A DNA stretch of 64,000 nt from Flavobacteriales bacterium. GTDB lineage: Bacteria; Bacteroidota; Bacteroidia; Flavobacteriales; TMED113. The translations under genes and the position numbers were made by a program. The notes under the pieces were generated by a model, which had not been told where the DNA came from, did no database searches, and saw nothing but the letters and a program-made list of their open reading frames with translations. Numbering within the stretch: position 1 is the stretch's first letter; each line of letters starts with the position of its first letter. Below are positions 9,181-19,506 of the stretch, piece by piece. The stretch is from assembly GCA_002701365.1 (NCBI GenBank), contig NZUK01000009.1, forward strand, positions 121,646 to 185,645, read 5' to 3'.

Positions 9181-10269
9181 TTACTTTAAAATTGATAATG
9201 CATTTGATAAAGACATTTTTTTTCCATCTAATATTGCGATTGTAAAACAATCTTGAAAACCATAATTAATTAATTTTTTCTTTAAAAGTGAAACTTCTTT
9301 CAATGTCTCTACTTTACCATATGAATACCTATAAGTATTATTATCATAAAACTCGGAAACTAAACTCAATTCATCAATTTGCAAGTCCTCAAGATTAACT
9401 TGAGATTTTGAAGATAAAAATTGAACACTAAAAAATAATTGTTCCTCGCTATTGTCAGTTTCTTTTTTATGATTATCTAAAATAACACTTTCCATCTCAA
9501 TTTTATATTCTTTAATTGCTCTAAAAATTGCAGATGCCATATATATTTTGCCTTGTTCAGAATTTAAAAAATCCTCTTCTGTCTTATTAGTTAAAAAACC
9601 TAATTCAATTAATACACTTGGCATCGTAGCCCTACTTAAAACAAGAAAACCAGCTTGTTTCACACCCCTATCTTTACGATTAACACGATTTTTAAACTGA
9701 TGTTGAATCCTAGAAGCAATCAATAAACTATGAGATAAATAAGTTGACTGATACATAGATAATGCAATATAAGATTCTGGTTCTGAAGGATTAAAACCTT
9801 CGTAGTCAAATTGATAATCATTCTCCATTAAAATTGATGAATTTTCTCTAATAGCTACATTTAAATTACTTTCAGTTTTATGCATACCCATCACATAAGT
9901 TGAGGAACCATAAACTTTCTGATCACGAAACGCATCACAATGAATAGATATAAAAAGATCTGCCTTCTGTGTATTAGCAATTTTTGTTCTTTCTGATAGT
10001 TTAATAAATTTATCTGAATCACGTGTATAAATAACCTCAATATCATCAAATTCAGACTCTAAATACTTACCGAGCTTAATAGCAACGTCTAACACAACAT
10101 CTTTTTCCGCTTGTTTATAACGACCTGTTCCTAAAGTTCCGGGATCTTTACCTCCATGACCAGGATCAATAACTATCTTTTTAACACCTAAATTTGTGCT
10201 TTGTGCATTTAAAAAACAAAAAGAATGAACAATAAAAAGTGTAAGAAATAGTGGAATTAAGCGTTTCAT
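9181..10269 (-). CDS. N-acetylmuramoyl-L-alanine amidase (Amidase_3) with C-terminal SPOR-like region
   Basis: Signal peptide ...FLNAQ plus KKIVIDPGHGGKDPG and ISIHCDA motifs. Confidence 0.85.
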   Translation of the reverse strand: MKRLIPLFLTLFIVHSFCFLNAQSTNLGVKKIVIDPGHGGKDPGTLGTGRYKQAEKDVVLDVAIKLGKYLESEFDDIEVIYTRDSDKFIKLSERTKIANTQKADLFISIHCDAFRDQKVYGSSTYVMGMHKTESNLNVAIRENSSILMENDYQFDYEGFNPSEPESYIALSMYQSTYLSHSLLIASRIQHQFKNRVNRKDRGVKQAGFLVLSRATMPSVLIELGFLTNKTEEDFLNSEQGKIYMASAIFRAIKEYKIEMESVILDNHKKETDNSEEQLFFSVQFLSSKSQVNLEDLQIDELSLVSEFYDNNTYRYSYGKVETLKEVSLLKKKLINYGFQDCFTIAILDGKKMSLSNALSILK

Positions 10270-10369
10270 ATATAAAAAATAATGCCTTAATTCGAGTAAT
10301 ATAAATAAAAGTTAATAAAAACTGAAGTTAAAATTTTATAAAATACTAACTATTCTTCTATTAATTTGC

Positions 10370-12667
10370 ATGAATACCGTATTCTCGCAAGTTAAAATTG
10401 ACAGTATCACAAAAACAAATGATGATTTAATCTATTCAGCAAAAGATTCCATAATTTATGATATAAAAGAAAATCAAGTTCATTTATACAATGAAGCTAA
10501 ATTGATATACAAAAACATCCAGCTTGAATCTGGATTTATGTTGATTGATTTTAATAATAATACAATTTTATCAACCGGACTGAAGGATTCTTTAAATACT
10601 TATATATCTAAACCTCTTCTAAAAGAAGATAATAAACTATATAAAGCTGACACTATAAAATATAATTACACCACAAAAAAAGCTAAAATAAAAAAATTAT
10701 TAACTGAGGAAAAAGGTGGGTATCTTCATGGAAGAAAAATAAAAAAAGATAATGACACAACATACTATCTGCAACATGGAAAGTACACAACATGTTCACT
10801 TGAAGATCCTCATTTTTACATTAATGCGAAAAAATTAAAGTTAATACCTGGCGAAAAAATTATAACTGGTCCGGCTAATCTCGTATTAGGCAATATTCCA
10901 AGCCCCTTATTAATCCCGTTTGGCATCTTCCCCATAGAGAACACAAAATCATCTGGAATTATTTTACCAACCTACGGACATTCACAAAGTCTAGGATACA
11001 ACCTATCAGGTCTTGGATATTTTTTCAATATTAATAACAATATTAATTTATCTATTAATAGTGACCTCTATAGTAGAGGTAGTGTTAGAATCGGAACATT
11101 AATGGAATATAAAAAACGATATAAATTTGATGGAGATTTTACTATCAATATTGCTAGAACCAAAATTGGCGAAAGAGAACGTAATGACTTTTCTTTATCC
11201 AAAGACTTTAAAATTAAGTGGAGACATGTGCAAGATCCCAAAGCACATCCAAACAATAGATTTTCTGCATCCGTCAATCTAGCTACCAGTTCATACATGC
11301 AAAATAATTCTTATAACTCTGATTATTTAACCAATACATTAGCATCAAGTATTTCTTTTCAACGTAAATGGGATAATAAACCATATAATTTTTCCATGAA
11401 CTTAAAACACACGCAAAATACACTTAACAAACAAGTAGATTTAACTTTACCTGAATTATTATTTTCAATCAATCGTATATTCCCTTTTAAAAAAACTATT
11501 AAAAACACATGGTATAAAAATTTAGGAATTAGTTACAATGTAAATGCAAAAAATACATTATCAAGTCCAGATAGTTTACTTTTTCAAGACATTGAACAAA
11601 ATATGAAAAATGGTGTAAAACACTCTATTCCGATTTCAACCTCGTTTAATATTTTAAAATACATCAACATCAATCCCTCTGCTCAATATAATGAAAGTTG
11701 GTTCTTTAAAGAAGAATCTTCTGATAGTATTTCAAGTTATGGTTTTTGGTCAATTAGGGACCTGCAACTTTCAACACAAATAAGCACAAAAATATATGGC
11801 TTTTTCTCTACAAAAAACAAGTCTTTTAGACATGTCATAACACCTTCAATAAGTTATAATTATAAACCAGATTGGTCAAGAGATTATTTTGAAAATCTTG
11901 TTGGTGTATATAGCCGAAATAATGCCGAAAAACAAAGTAAAATAAATGTAAACTTGAGCAATAACTTCGAAATGAAAAAAAAGAAAAATGGAAAAGAAGA
12001 AAAATTTAAATTAATTGAGAACTTAAGTTTTAGTGGACATTACGACAATACAGCAGATTCATTAAAAATTAGCCCCATTAATATCAGTATGAGAACTAAA
12101 TTATTTAATAAACTTGATTTCAAAGCACAAGGTAGGATTGACCCGTACCAATATGACAGTATAAACAATAAAAGAGTAAATGAACTTTTATTAAAAACAA
12201 ATAAATTAGGAAGAATAACAAATTTCAGTGTTGATATTGGTGTTAATTTAAATAATGTTCGTGCAAATAAAGATTCAAAGGCTGGAACAGAGGAAGAATT
12301 AGACTATATAAATAAGAATATTGATCATTTTGTGGACTTTAATGTTCCGTGGTCACTAAAACTATTTTATAATTTTAATTATTTAAAACAAGGCCTAGAT
12401 CCAGAAACAAGTCAGTCTATTAATTTTAATGGAGATGTAAATATCACCAGTAAATGGAAAGTAGGATTTAGATCAGGATACGATTTAAAAAACAAAGATT
12501 TCACCTATACATCAATTGACCTTTACAGAGATTTACATTGTTGGGAAATGACATTTAATTGGATTCCTGTAGGTTTTCATAAAAGTTATAATTTTGTCAT
12601 TAGAGTTAAATCTGCCATTCTGCAAGATCTAAAACTGACCAAAAAAAGAGATTTTTTTGACTATTAA
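10370..12667 (+). CDS. lptD: LPS-assembly protein LptD (Bacteroidota type); true start probably upstream of 10370
   Basis: OstA-like N-terminal region followed by a large beta-barrel-like body. It is divergent from the amidase gene, as is usual in Flavobacteriia. The signal peptide is encoded upstream of the first ATG (see findings). Confidence 0.7.
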   Translation: MNTVFSQVKIDSITKTNDDLIYSAKDSIIYDIKENQVHLYNEAKLIYKNIQLESGFMLIDFNNNTILSTGLKDSLNTYISKPLLKEDNKLYKADTIKYNYTTKKAKIKKLLTEEKGGYLHGRKIKKDNDTTYYLQHGKYTTCSLEDPHFYINAKKLKLIPGEKIITGPANLVLGNIPSPLLIPFGIFPIENTKSSGIILPTYGHSQSLGYNLSGLGYFFNINNNINLSINSDLYSRGSVRIGTLMEYKKRYKFDGDFTINIARTKIGERERNDFSLSKDFKIKWRHVQDPKAHPNNRFSASVNLATSSYMQNNSYNSDYLTNTLASSISFQRKWDNKPYNFSMNLKHTQNTLNKQVDLTLPELLFSINRIFPFKKTIKNTWYKNLGISYNVNAKNTLSSPDSLLFQDIEQNMKNGVKHSIPISTSFNILKYININPSAQYNESWFFKEESSDSISSYGFWSIRDLQLSTQISTKIYGFFSTKNKSFRHVITPSISYNYKPDWSRDYFENLVGVYSRNNAEKQSKINVNLSNNFEMKKKKNGKEEKFKLIENLSFSGHYDNTADSLKISPINISMRTKLFNKLDFKAQGRIDPYQYDSINNKRVNELLLKTNKLGRITNFSVDIGVNLNNVRANKDSKAGTEEELDYINKNIDHFVDFNVPWSLKLFYNFNYLKQGLDPETSQSINFNGDVNITSKWKVGFRSGYDLKNKDFTYTSIDLYRDLHCWEMTFNWIPVGFHKSYNFVIRVKSAILQDLKLTKKRDFFDY

Positions 12668-13227
12668 TTAGAAAGCCAATTTTTTAAAATTTCGGCACCA
12701 TGTTGGGTTAAAATAGATTCAGGATGGTATTGTATACCAAAAATAGGATATTTAAAATGCCTAAAAGACATAATTACATTGTCTTTAGCCATAGCGGTTG
12801 GTATTAAGATGTCTTTATTTTTTATATCAATCGCCCACGAATGATATCTACCCACAATAATTTTATCAGGAATGTTTTGATAAAGCAAGTCTTTTGGATC
12901 TATAACTTGAATTTCAGACTGCTTACCATGCATGATTTTTTCTAAATTATATAATGACTCATCAAAAACAAGAGCAATAGCTTGCGCTCCCAAGCAAACT
13001 CCCATGATCGGCTTTTTATCATAATACTGCCTAATAACCTCCATTGAAACCCCAGATTCCTCAGGTAATCCGGGGCCTGGAGATATCATGATTTTATCAA
13101 AATCATTAACCATGTCTAAATCAATTTTATCATTTCTAACAACACTAATATGAGACACATATGGTTCACAAATATGTTTTAAATTAAATGTAAAAGAATC
13201 GTAATTATCAATAATAAGTAATTTCAT
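12664..13227 (-). CDS. glutamine amidotransferase subunit of anthranilate/aminodeoxychorismate synthase
   Basis: Class-I GATase with MKLLIIDNYDSFTFNL, the GVCLGAQA nucleophile elbow and a QYHPES histidine motif. TrpG versus PabA cannot be decided from the sequence alone. Confidence 0.85.
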   Translation of the reverse strand: MKLLIIDNYDSFTFNLKHICEPYVSHISVVRNDKIDLDMVNDFDKIMISPGPGLPEESGVSMEVIRQYYDKKPIMGVCLGAQAIALVFDESLYNLEKIMHGKQSEIQVIDPKDLLYQNIPDKIIVGRYHSWAIDIKNKDILIPTAMAKDNVIMSFRHFKYPIFGIQYHPESILTQHGAEILKNWLSN

Positions 13228-13257
13228 ATATTAGTAAAGTTCGAAAAAACTTTCTAA

Positions 13258-13635
13258 ATGAAGAAACAATTAAAATCAAAGAATGCCCCACAACCTATTG
13301 GGCCCTATAGCCAAGCAATTAAACATGGTAATATGGTTTTTATATCTGGACAAATAGCAATTGACCCAAAAACCAATAAAATAGTTACAAATAACATAGT
13401 TGAAGAAACAAAAATGGTTTTTCAAAATATCGACAATATATTAAAAGAGTGTGATTGTGATTTTAACAACATTGTAAAATGTAGTATTTTTTTATCTGAC
13501 ATGAAACTTTTTGAATCCGTAAACCAGGTGTATTCATCTTATTTTAAAGAACCTTACCCCGCAAGAGAAACTATAGCTGTAAAATTGCCTAAAAATGTAA
13601 ATGTTGAAATTTCAGCAATTGCAATTTGTAAATAA
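13258..13635 (+). CDS. ridA: RidA/YjgF-family reactive-intermediate deaminase
   Basis: 125 aa with APQPIGPYSQA, GQI and PARETIAV motifs. Confidence 0.85.
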   Translation: MKKQLKSKNAPQPIGPYSQAIKHGNMVFISGQIAIDPKTNKIVTNNIVEETKMVFQNIDNILKECDCDFNNIVKCSIFLSDMKLFESVNQVYSSYFKEPYPARETIAVKLPKNVNVEISAIAICK

Positions 13636-13660
13636 TTATATTTGAAACAAAAAACAAATT

Positions 13661-15049
13661 ATGAATTTCGATATTATTATAATTGGTAGTGGCCCTGGAG
13701 GATACGTTGCAGCAATACGTGCATCCCAATTAGGTCTAAAAACAGCTATTATTGAGAAAGAAAATCTTGGCGGAATATGTTTGAACTGGGGATGTATTCC
13801 AACAAAGGCTCTTTTAAAAAGTGCTCAAGTATTTGAATATATTAAGCACGCAGATGATTATGGTATTAATGTTAGTAAATATAATATGGATTTTACCAAT
13901 GTCATTAAACGAAGTCGAGATACTGCTCATAACATGAGTAAAGGAATTGATTACTTAATGAAAAAAAATAAAATTACTATAATCAAAGGAACTGCTCACC
14001 TAGAAAATAATAAAGCTATATTTGTTGTTGACGAAAAGAAGCAAAAAACAAATTATTCTGCTGAACACATAATTATTGCAACAGGTGCAAAATCTCGAGA
14101 ACTTCCAAACTTAAAACAAAATGGAAAAAATATTATTGGCTACAGAGATGCTTTAGAATTAAAGACAATGCCAAAATCCATGGTTATAGTTGGATCTGGT
14201 GCAATTGGAGTTGAATTTGCATACTTCTATAATGCAATGGGGTGTGACATTACTATTATTGAATACCTAGACCGGATTGTACCAAATGAAGACAAAGATA
14301 TTTCTAGAGAATTAAATAAAAATTTCAAGAAAAAAGGAATTAATATATTAACTAAATCAAGCGTTGAGAAAATTATTGAGAATGATAAAAATTCAACAAT
14401 CATAGTTAAAACAGATAGTGGCGAAAAAGAAATACAGGCGGATGTTATTTTATCTGCCGTAGGCATTGATCCGAATACAAAAAATATTGGCTTAGAAGGC
14501 TTAAAAATAGCCACAAATAACAATAGGATCGTTGTTGACAAGTATTACAACACCAATGTGAAGGGCTATTATGCTATTGGTGATGTTATTGAGGGGCCGG
14601 CTCTTGCGCATGTTGCTTCTGCCGAAGCTATTATTTGTGTTGAAAAAATTGCCGGCCATAATCCAGAACCTATGAACTATGACAATATTCCTGGCTGCAC
14701 GTATTGTTCTCCAGAAATTGCATCTGTGGGATTTACAGAAGATCAAGCAAAGAAAAAAGGCTTTGATTTGAAAGTCGGTAAATTTCCATTTTCAGCATCT
14801 GGAAAAGCTACTGCCGCTGGTCATAAAGAAGGTTTTGTCAAAGTAATTTATGATGCTAAATACGGGGAACTACTAGGTGCTCATATGATAGGATATAATG
14901 TAACAGAGATAATTGCAGAAATTGTGGTAGCAAAAAAATTAGAAACAACTGGACATGAAGTACTTAAAAGTATACATCCTCATCCAACTATGAGCGAAGC
15001 AATTATGGAAGCTACTGCAGATGCATATAATGAAGTAATACATCTTTAA
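13661..15049 (+). CDS. lpdA: dihydrolipoyl dehydrogenase (E3)
   Basis: GSGPGGY FAD motif, redox disulfide GGICLNWGCIPTK and C-terminal HPHPTMSE. Confidence 0.95.
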   Translation: MNFDIIIIGSGPGGYVAAIRASQLGLKTAIIEKENLGGICLNWGCIPTKALLKSAQVFEYIKHADDYGINVSKYNMDFTNVIKRSRDTAHNMSKGIDYLMKKNKITIIKGTAHLENNKAIFVVDEKKQKTNYSAEHIIIATGAKSRELPNLKQNGKNIIGYRDALELKTMPKSMVIVGSGAIGVEFAYFYNAMGCDITIIEYLDRIVPNEDKDISRELNKNFKKKGINILTKSSVEKIIENDKNSTIIVKTDSGEKEIQADVILSAVGIDPNTKNIGLEGLKIATNNNRIVVDKYYNTNVKGYYAIGDVIEGPALAHVASAEAIICVEKIAGHNPEPMNYDNIPGCTYCSPEIASVGFTEDQAKKKGFDLKVGKFPFSASGKATAAGHKEGFVKVIYDAKYGELLGAHMIGYNVTEIIAEIVVAKKLETTGHEVLKSIHPHPTMSEAIMEATADAYNEVIHL

Positions 15050-15678
15050 TTTGAAAAATCTAGTACCGCATTGTAAGAATAAGTCTTATGATCCTGTATT
15101 GACACACCTAATCTTTTTTGATTAGGATCTAACATGATTATTCGATGACCTAAATCTCTAACTTTATAATCAATTAATAACTGAACAACAATATCAATGG
15201 CAGATTTGAAACCATAACTACAACACTCGGAATATATTGAAGGTTTGTCACATCCGACCCTTTTATGACCAACATAACCTCTTCTGCCAGATTTTTTTGC
15301 ATGACACTTGGCATAATTCCATAATTCTTTATCAGGTAAAACAGGGGGCAATGGCTTCATTTCAGTAAGCTCTTCAGTTAGTGAATTAAAATATCTATTA
15401 TCACTAATGCAGTCATCGGAGAAACCAAATGGTACTCTATAGTTTTTTAAAATGGTTTCGTAAAATAAATGAGGGGTAGTCCTGGCAAGGTTTAAAATTA
15501 AGAAAACATTCTTTTCATCTAAATTTAAATAATCTTCATTAACTGCAGTATTAGCAGCACTAAATTGGTCTTGTGGCCATGATGATAAAAAATCTAATTG
15601 CGAAAATCCGGAAGAAATAAAAAGCAAGAAACAAGTTAGTGTAATAAAGTATTTTAAATTTTTATTAGCGAAAGACAT
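15046..15678 (-). CDS. secreted CAP/SCP-domain protein
   Basis: Signal peptide ending ...GFSQ, with a CAP-like core (LNLARTTP..., HAKKSG..GYVGH, GHRIIMLDPNQKRLGVS). Confidence 0.5.
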   Translation of the reverse strand: MSFANKNLKYFITLTCFLLFISSGFSQLDFLSSWPQDQFSAANTAVNEDYLNLDEKNVFLILNLARTTPHLFYETILKNYRVPFGFSDDCISDNRYFNSLTEELTEMKPLPPVLPDKELWNYAKCHAKKSGRRGYVGHKRVGCDKPSIYSECCSYGFKSAIDIVVQLLIDYKVRDLGHRIIMLDPNQKRLGVSIQDHKTYSYNAVLDFSN

Positions 15679-15811
15679 AGAAATACAAGTTGTTATTTTT
15701 AATAAAAATAAGACTTATTGATAAACATATTTCAAATAATTAAAATTAAATTATATATTTTTTAAATAGTAATTTAAAGCTTTATTTAAAAATATTTAAA
15801 TTGCTGAAAAA

Positions 15812-15859
15812 GAAGGCATTACAAGCATGTACTGACACATTGTCAATGCCTTTTTTTTT
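15812..15859 (+). terminator. strong intrinsic terminator-like hairpin with no upstream plus-strand gene
   Basis: Arms 15813-15824 and 15840-15852 form 12 bp with one bulged C (AAGGCATTACAA / TTGT-c-AATGCCTT), around a 15-nt loop. The 3' arm runs into the T(9) tract 15851-15859. Located 45 nt upstream of the trmD ATG. Confidence 0.7.
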
Positions 15860-15903
15860 AAAAATCAACATGTTTTTGAAATAAAATTAATTACTTTTGA
15901 ATT

Positions 15904-16578
15904 ATGAGAATAGATATTATATCACCCCTACCCGAACTACTAAAAGCTCCATTTTCAACTTCAATATTAAAAAGAGCAATTGACAAAAAAGTAGTGGAAG
16001 TTTGCATTCACGACCTACGAAGCTTTGCAAATAATAAGCATAAAAAAATAGATGACTATTCATATGGAGGAGGCGGAGGAATGGTTTTAATGATTGAACC
16101 AGTTGCGAAATGTATAGAACTCTTAAAATCTAAACGAACCTATGATACCACTATATTTGTTACTCCTGATGGCCAAAAACTAAACCAAAAAAAATCAAAC
16201 TCTCTATCTCAACTTAACAATATAATCATCATATGCGGAAGATATGAGGGAATTGATCAAAGGGTCAGAGACTTATTTATTGATCAAGAAATATCTATCG
16301 GAGATTATGTTCTAATGGGCGGAGAACTACCCGCACTTGTCATATGTGAATCAATAATACGACTTCTTCCTGGAAGCATGAACAATTCCAGCTGTGCATT
16401 ATCAGATTCATTTCAAGACAACCTACTAGCTCCACCAATATACACAAGGCCTGCTAACTTTAAAGGACACAAAGTTCCTGACATACTACTCTCAGGGAAC
16501 GAAAAAAAAATATCTCAATGGAGAGAAGATCAATCTATCATTAAAACCAAAGAAAGAAGACCAGAATTATTAAAATAA
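15904..16578 (+). CDS. trmD: tRNA (guanine37-N1)-methyltransferase
   Basis: IDDYSYGGGGGMVL, CGRYEGIDQRV and GDYVLMGGELPA motifs. Confidence 0.95.
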   Translation: MRIDIISPLPELLKAPFSTSILKRAIDKKVVEVCIHDLRSFANNKHKKIDDYSYGGGGGMVLMIEPVAKCIELLKSKRTYDTTIFVTPDGQKLNQKKSNSLSQLNNIIIICGRYEGIDQRVRDLFIDQEISIGDYVLMGGELPALVICESIIRLLPGSMNNSSCALSDSFQDNLLAPPIYTRPANFKGHKVPDILLSGNEKKISQWREDQSIIKTKERRPELLK

Positions 16579-16654
16579 ATACAAATTAATTGAGTGAATT
16601 GCTTGATTATACTAAAAAGATAGTTAATTTTGCCAATCCTAAAACGAGTGAATT

Positions 16655-17005
16655 ATGGAAACATTAAGAAGTACAATAGAAAAAAACTTGATTAGCCAGC
16701 GCGAACATGTCAATTTTAAATCTGGTGATACCATTACTGTTTATTATAAAATTAAAGAGGGAGAGAAAGAAAGAACTCAATTTTTCAAAGGAGATGTTAT
16801 TCAAAGAAAAGGCAGTGGATTAACTGAGACTTTTACAATTAGAAAAATATCAAATGGTATTGGCGTCGAGAGAATTTTTCCAATTAATTCTCCAGGTATT
16901 GAAAAAATAGAAGTCAACAAGTCAGGTAAAGTTCGTAGAGCCAGAATATTTTACCTAAGAGAAAGAACCGGTAAAAGCGCTCGAATCAAACAAAAAAGAT
17001 CCTAA
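16655..17005 (+). CDS. rplS: 50S ribosomal protein L19
   Basis: 116 aa with [13 protein letters not shown]...[11 protein letters not shown] and [11 protein letters not shown]. Confidence 0.95.
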   Translation: METLRSTIEKNLISQREHVNFKSGDTITVYYKIKEGEKERTQFFKGDVIQRKGSGLTETFTIRKISNGIGVERIFPINSPGIEKIEVNKSGKVRRARIFYLRERTGKSARIKQKRS

Positions 17006-18345
17006 GTATTTTTTTCAGACTGATCAACTATTGAAGAAACTGTTGCATCACCAGTAACATTCACAACTGTTCGACACATGTCTAAAATTCTATCAACAGG
17101 AAAAATAATACTAATCCACGCAGGATTCAATCCAACTGCATCGAGCACTATAATCAACATAATTAAACCAGCGCTAGGAACTGCCGCAGAACCTATAGAA
17201 GCCATAGTTGCCGTAAAAACAATAGTTAATTGCTGAGTTAAATTTAAATCCACCATATGCATCTGTGCTAAAAAAACTACAGCAACTGCCTGATAAAGAC
17301 TTGTTCCGTCCATATTAACTGTTGCTCCAATTGGCAGAACAAAACCAGTAACTCGTTTCGAAACTCCTAAGTTACTATGCACACAATCCATCGTTACAGG
17401 TAAAGTAGCTGCACTAGACGAGGTAGAAAAAGCTAACATCTGAGCAGAAGCAATAGATTGAAAAAAGTCTTTATATGTTTTTCCAGTAAATAGATACATT
17501 AAAATTGGGTAGATCAAAAAAACCATTGTAGCTAATCCAAAAAAAACAACCAGTGAATAGACACCAAGTCCTTTAAAAATCTCTAAAACACCAGAAAGGT
17601 CATCTCCAGCTAACTTAGATATAACACCCGACAACAATGCAAACACAAAAAAAGGAGCGCCCAACATAACCACATCAACCATTTTTAAAAAAACACTATT
17701 TAAAGCATCAACCATTGCAATAACAGGAACAGCTTCTTTTTTTGAAATTAACACAATTGTGATCCCAAAAAATATTGCGAAAAAGATAATTTTTAACATT
17801 GACTTATTATCTGTTAAAGAGAGAAAAATATTAGAAGGAACCAGATCAACAATAAATTGCAAAGGACTATTATTCTTATGTTTGTCTGCATCTATTTTCA
17901 TTTGTTTAATTTTCTCTTTTGATAGATTATCACCTGGCAAAAACCCACTGCCATCTGACAACAATTCATCTGCTGACCATTTTTGATACACTAAATGATT
18001 TGCCTGTCTTTGCTCCAAAGAGATTTGAGACCCCGGCTTAATACAATTAACTAAAAGCAGTCCAATAGATACTGACAAAACAGTTGTCATTAAATATGCA
18101 AATAAGGTTTTTAAACCGATACGCCCAAGCAAAGAAATATTAGATATACTAGAAATACCTTTAATGACAGAAAAAAGGACCAATGGAATAGCAATCAATT
18201 TTAATAAATTAATAAAGATATCTCCAAAAGGACTAATCCAATTAATTGTAAATTGAGACAATCCTAATAAACTGGAAATAATTGACCAAAAAACCCCTAA
18301 AATCATTCCAATGATAATGCGCCAATGTAAACTTAAGCTGTTCAT
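17002..18345 (-). CDS. dicarboxylate/amino acid:cation symporter (DAACS/GltP family)
   Basis: Polytopic protein with SSAATLPV and [12 protein letters not shown] motifs. Its ATG overlaps the aroC stop (ATGA). Confidence 0.85.
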   Translation of the reverse strand: MNSLSLHWRIIIGMILGVFWSIISSLLGLSQFTINWISPFGDIFINLLKLIAIPLVLFSVIKGISSISNISLLGRIGLKTLFAYLMTTVLSVSIGLLLVNCIKPGSQISLEQRQANHLVYQKWSADELLSDGSGFLPGDNLSKEKIKQMKIDADKHKNNSPLQFIVDLVPSNIFLSLTDNKSMLKIIFFAIFFGITIVLISKKEAVPVIAMVDALNSVFLKMVDVVMLGAPFFVFALLSGVISKLAGDDLSGVLEIFKGLGVYSLVVFFGLATMVFLIYPILMYLFTGKTYKDFFQSIASAQMLAFSTSSSAATLPVTMDCVHSNLGVSKRVTGFVLPIGATVNMDGTSLYQAVAVVFLAQMHMVDLNLTQQLTIVFTATMASIGSAAVPSAGLIMLIIVLDAVGLNPAWISIIFPVDRILDMCRTVVNVTGDATVSSIVDQSEKNT

Positions 18346-19430
18346 AAATCTGATATTTTTGTTGTTTTATTTAATAAATAATAATCTAAGATAGTAATTG
18401 CAGTTAAAGAATCAATAATAGGCACAACTCTTGGCACAACACAAGGATCATGCCTTCCGGAAGCAGTAAATTGAATATTTTCTCCTAAATCGTTGACAGA
18501 ATTCTGATTTTTAAAAATAGTTGAAACAGGCTTATAGACGGTTCTAAAAAAAATATCTTCACCATTACTAATACCCCCAAGCATACCTCCCGAGTTATTT
18601 GTAACAGTCTTTATTCTTCCTTTTTTTGTGTTAAAAAAATGATCATTTACATCCGAACCTTTTGTTTTCGAGTACAAAAAACCTAACCCAAAATCAATGC
18701 CCTTACATGAATTAATACTCATTACAGATTGTGAAAGAGCTGAGCCTAGTTTATCAAAAACTGGCTCTCCCAATCCAACAGGAACTCCACTAATAATAGT
18801 AGAAATTTGCCCACCAACCGTATCACCTTCTAGCTTGCAGGACTGAATCAATTGCTCCATTTTTTTAGCAATAACAGGCACTGGACAACGAACATTATTA
18901 TTATACCTAGATCCTAAATCAAAGCTTGAATCATTAATATCAACTTGAATACCCCCAATTTCAGAAACATAAGAAACTATACTAATTCCTATACTATTTA
19001 AAATTTGCATGGCAATTGAACCCGCAACTACCCAGTTAGCAGTTTCTCTCGCAGAAGACCTTCCTCCACCCCTATGATCTCTAATGCCATATTTGCGCTC
19101 ATAGGTAAAATCTGCATGAGATGGTCTGAAAATATTTTTTAGCAAATTATAATCGCTGGATCGCGCATCACGATTTCTAATCACAAAACCAATGGGAGAT
19201 CCCAAAGTTACTCCGTCGCGAACACCCGATAAAAATTCAACGCTATCTGATTCATTTCTCTCGCTAGATAGCTTATTTTTTCCCGGTCTTCTTTTATCTA
19301 ACAAGTCCCTTACGTGCTCTATATCTATTTTGAAGCCTGACGGACATCCATCAATAATACCTCCAATTGCAACACCATGAGACTCTCCAAATGTGGTTAA
19401 TTTAAATAACTTTCCTATTGTAGATGACAT
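18342..19430 (-). CDS. aroC: chorismate synthase
   Basis: FGESHG, GGGRSSARETA and SGRHDPCV motifs. Confidence 0.95.
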   Translation of the reverse strand: MSSTIGKLFKLTTFGESHGVAIGGIIDGCPSGFKIDIEHVRDLLDKRRPGKNKLSSERNESDSVEFLSGVRDGVTLGSPIGFVIRNRDARSSDYNLLKNIFRPSHADFTYERKYGIRDHRGGGRSSARETANWVVAGSIAMQILNSIGISIVSYVSEIGGIQVDINDSSFDLGSRYNNNVRCPVPVIAKKMEQLIQSCKLEGDTVGGQISTIISGVPVGLGEPVFDKLGSALSQSVMSINSCKGIDFGLGFLYSKTKGSDVNDHFFNTKKGRIKTVTNNSGGMLGGISNGEDIFFRTVYKPVSTIFKNQNSVNDLGENIQFTASGRHDPCVVPRVVPIIDSLTAITILDYYLLNKTTKISDL

Positions 19431-19506
19431 AATTAAACAAATATATCAATTTCAATTAATCATTATTTATTAACTTAACTAGAGTTATACTTATATTCAA
19501 TATTCT

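Noticed and set aside
16579-16654. trmD-rplS spacer, considered as a possible L19 autoregulatory leader.
   Set aside because: I could not draw a convincing stem-loop in these 76 nt, and there is no similarity to the Firmicute L19 leader that I can recognise. It remains an ordinary spacer.
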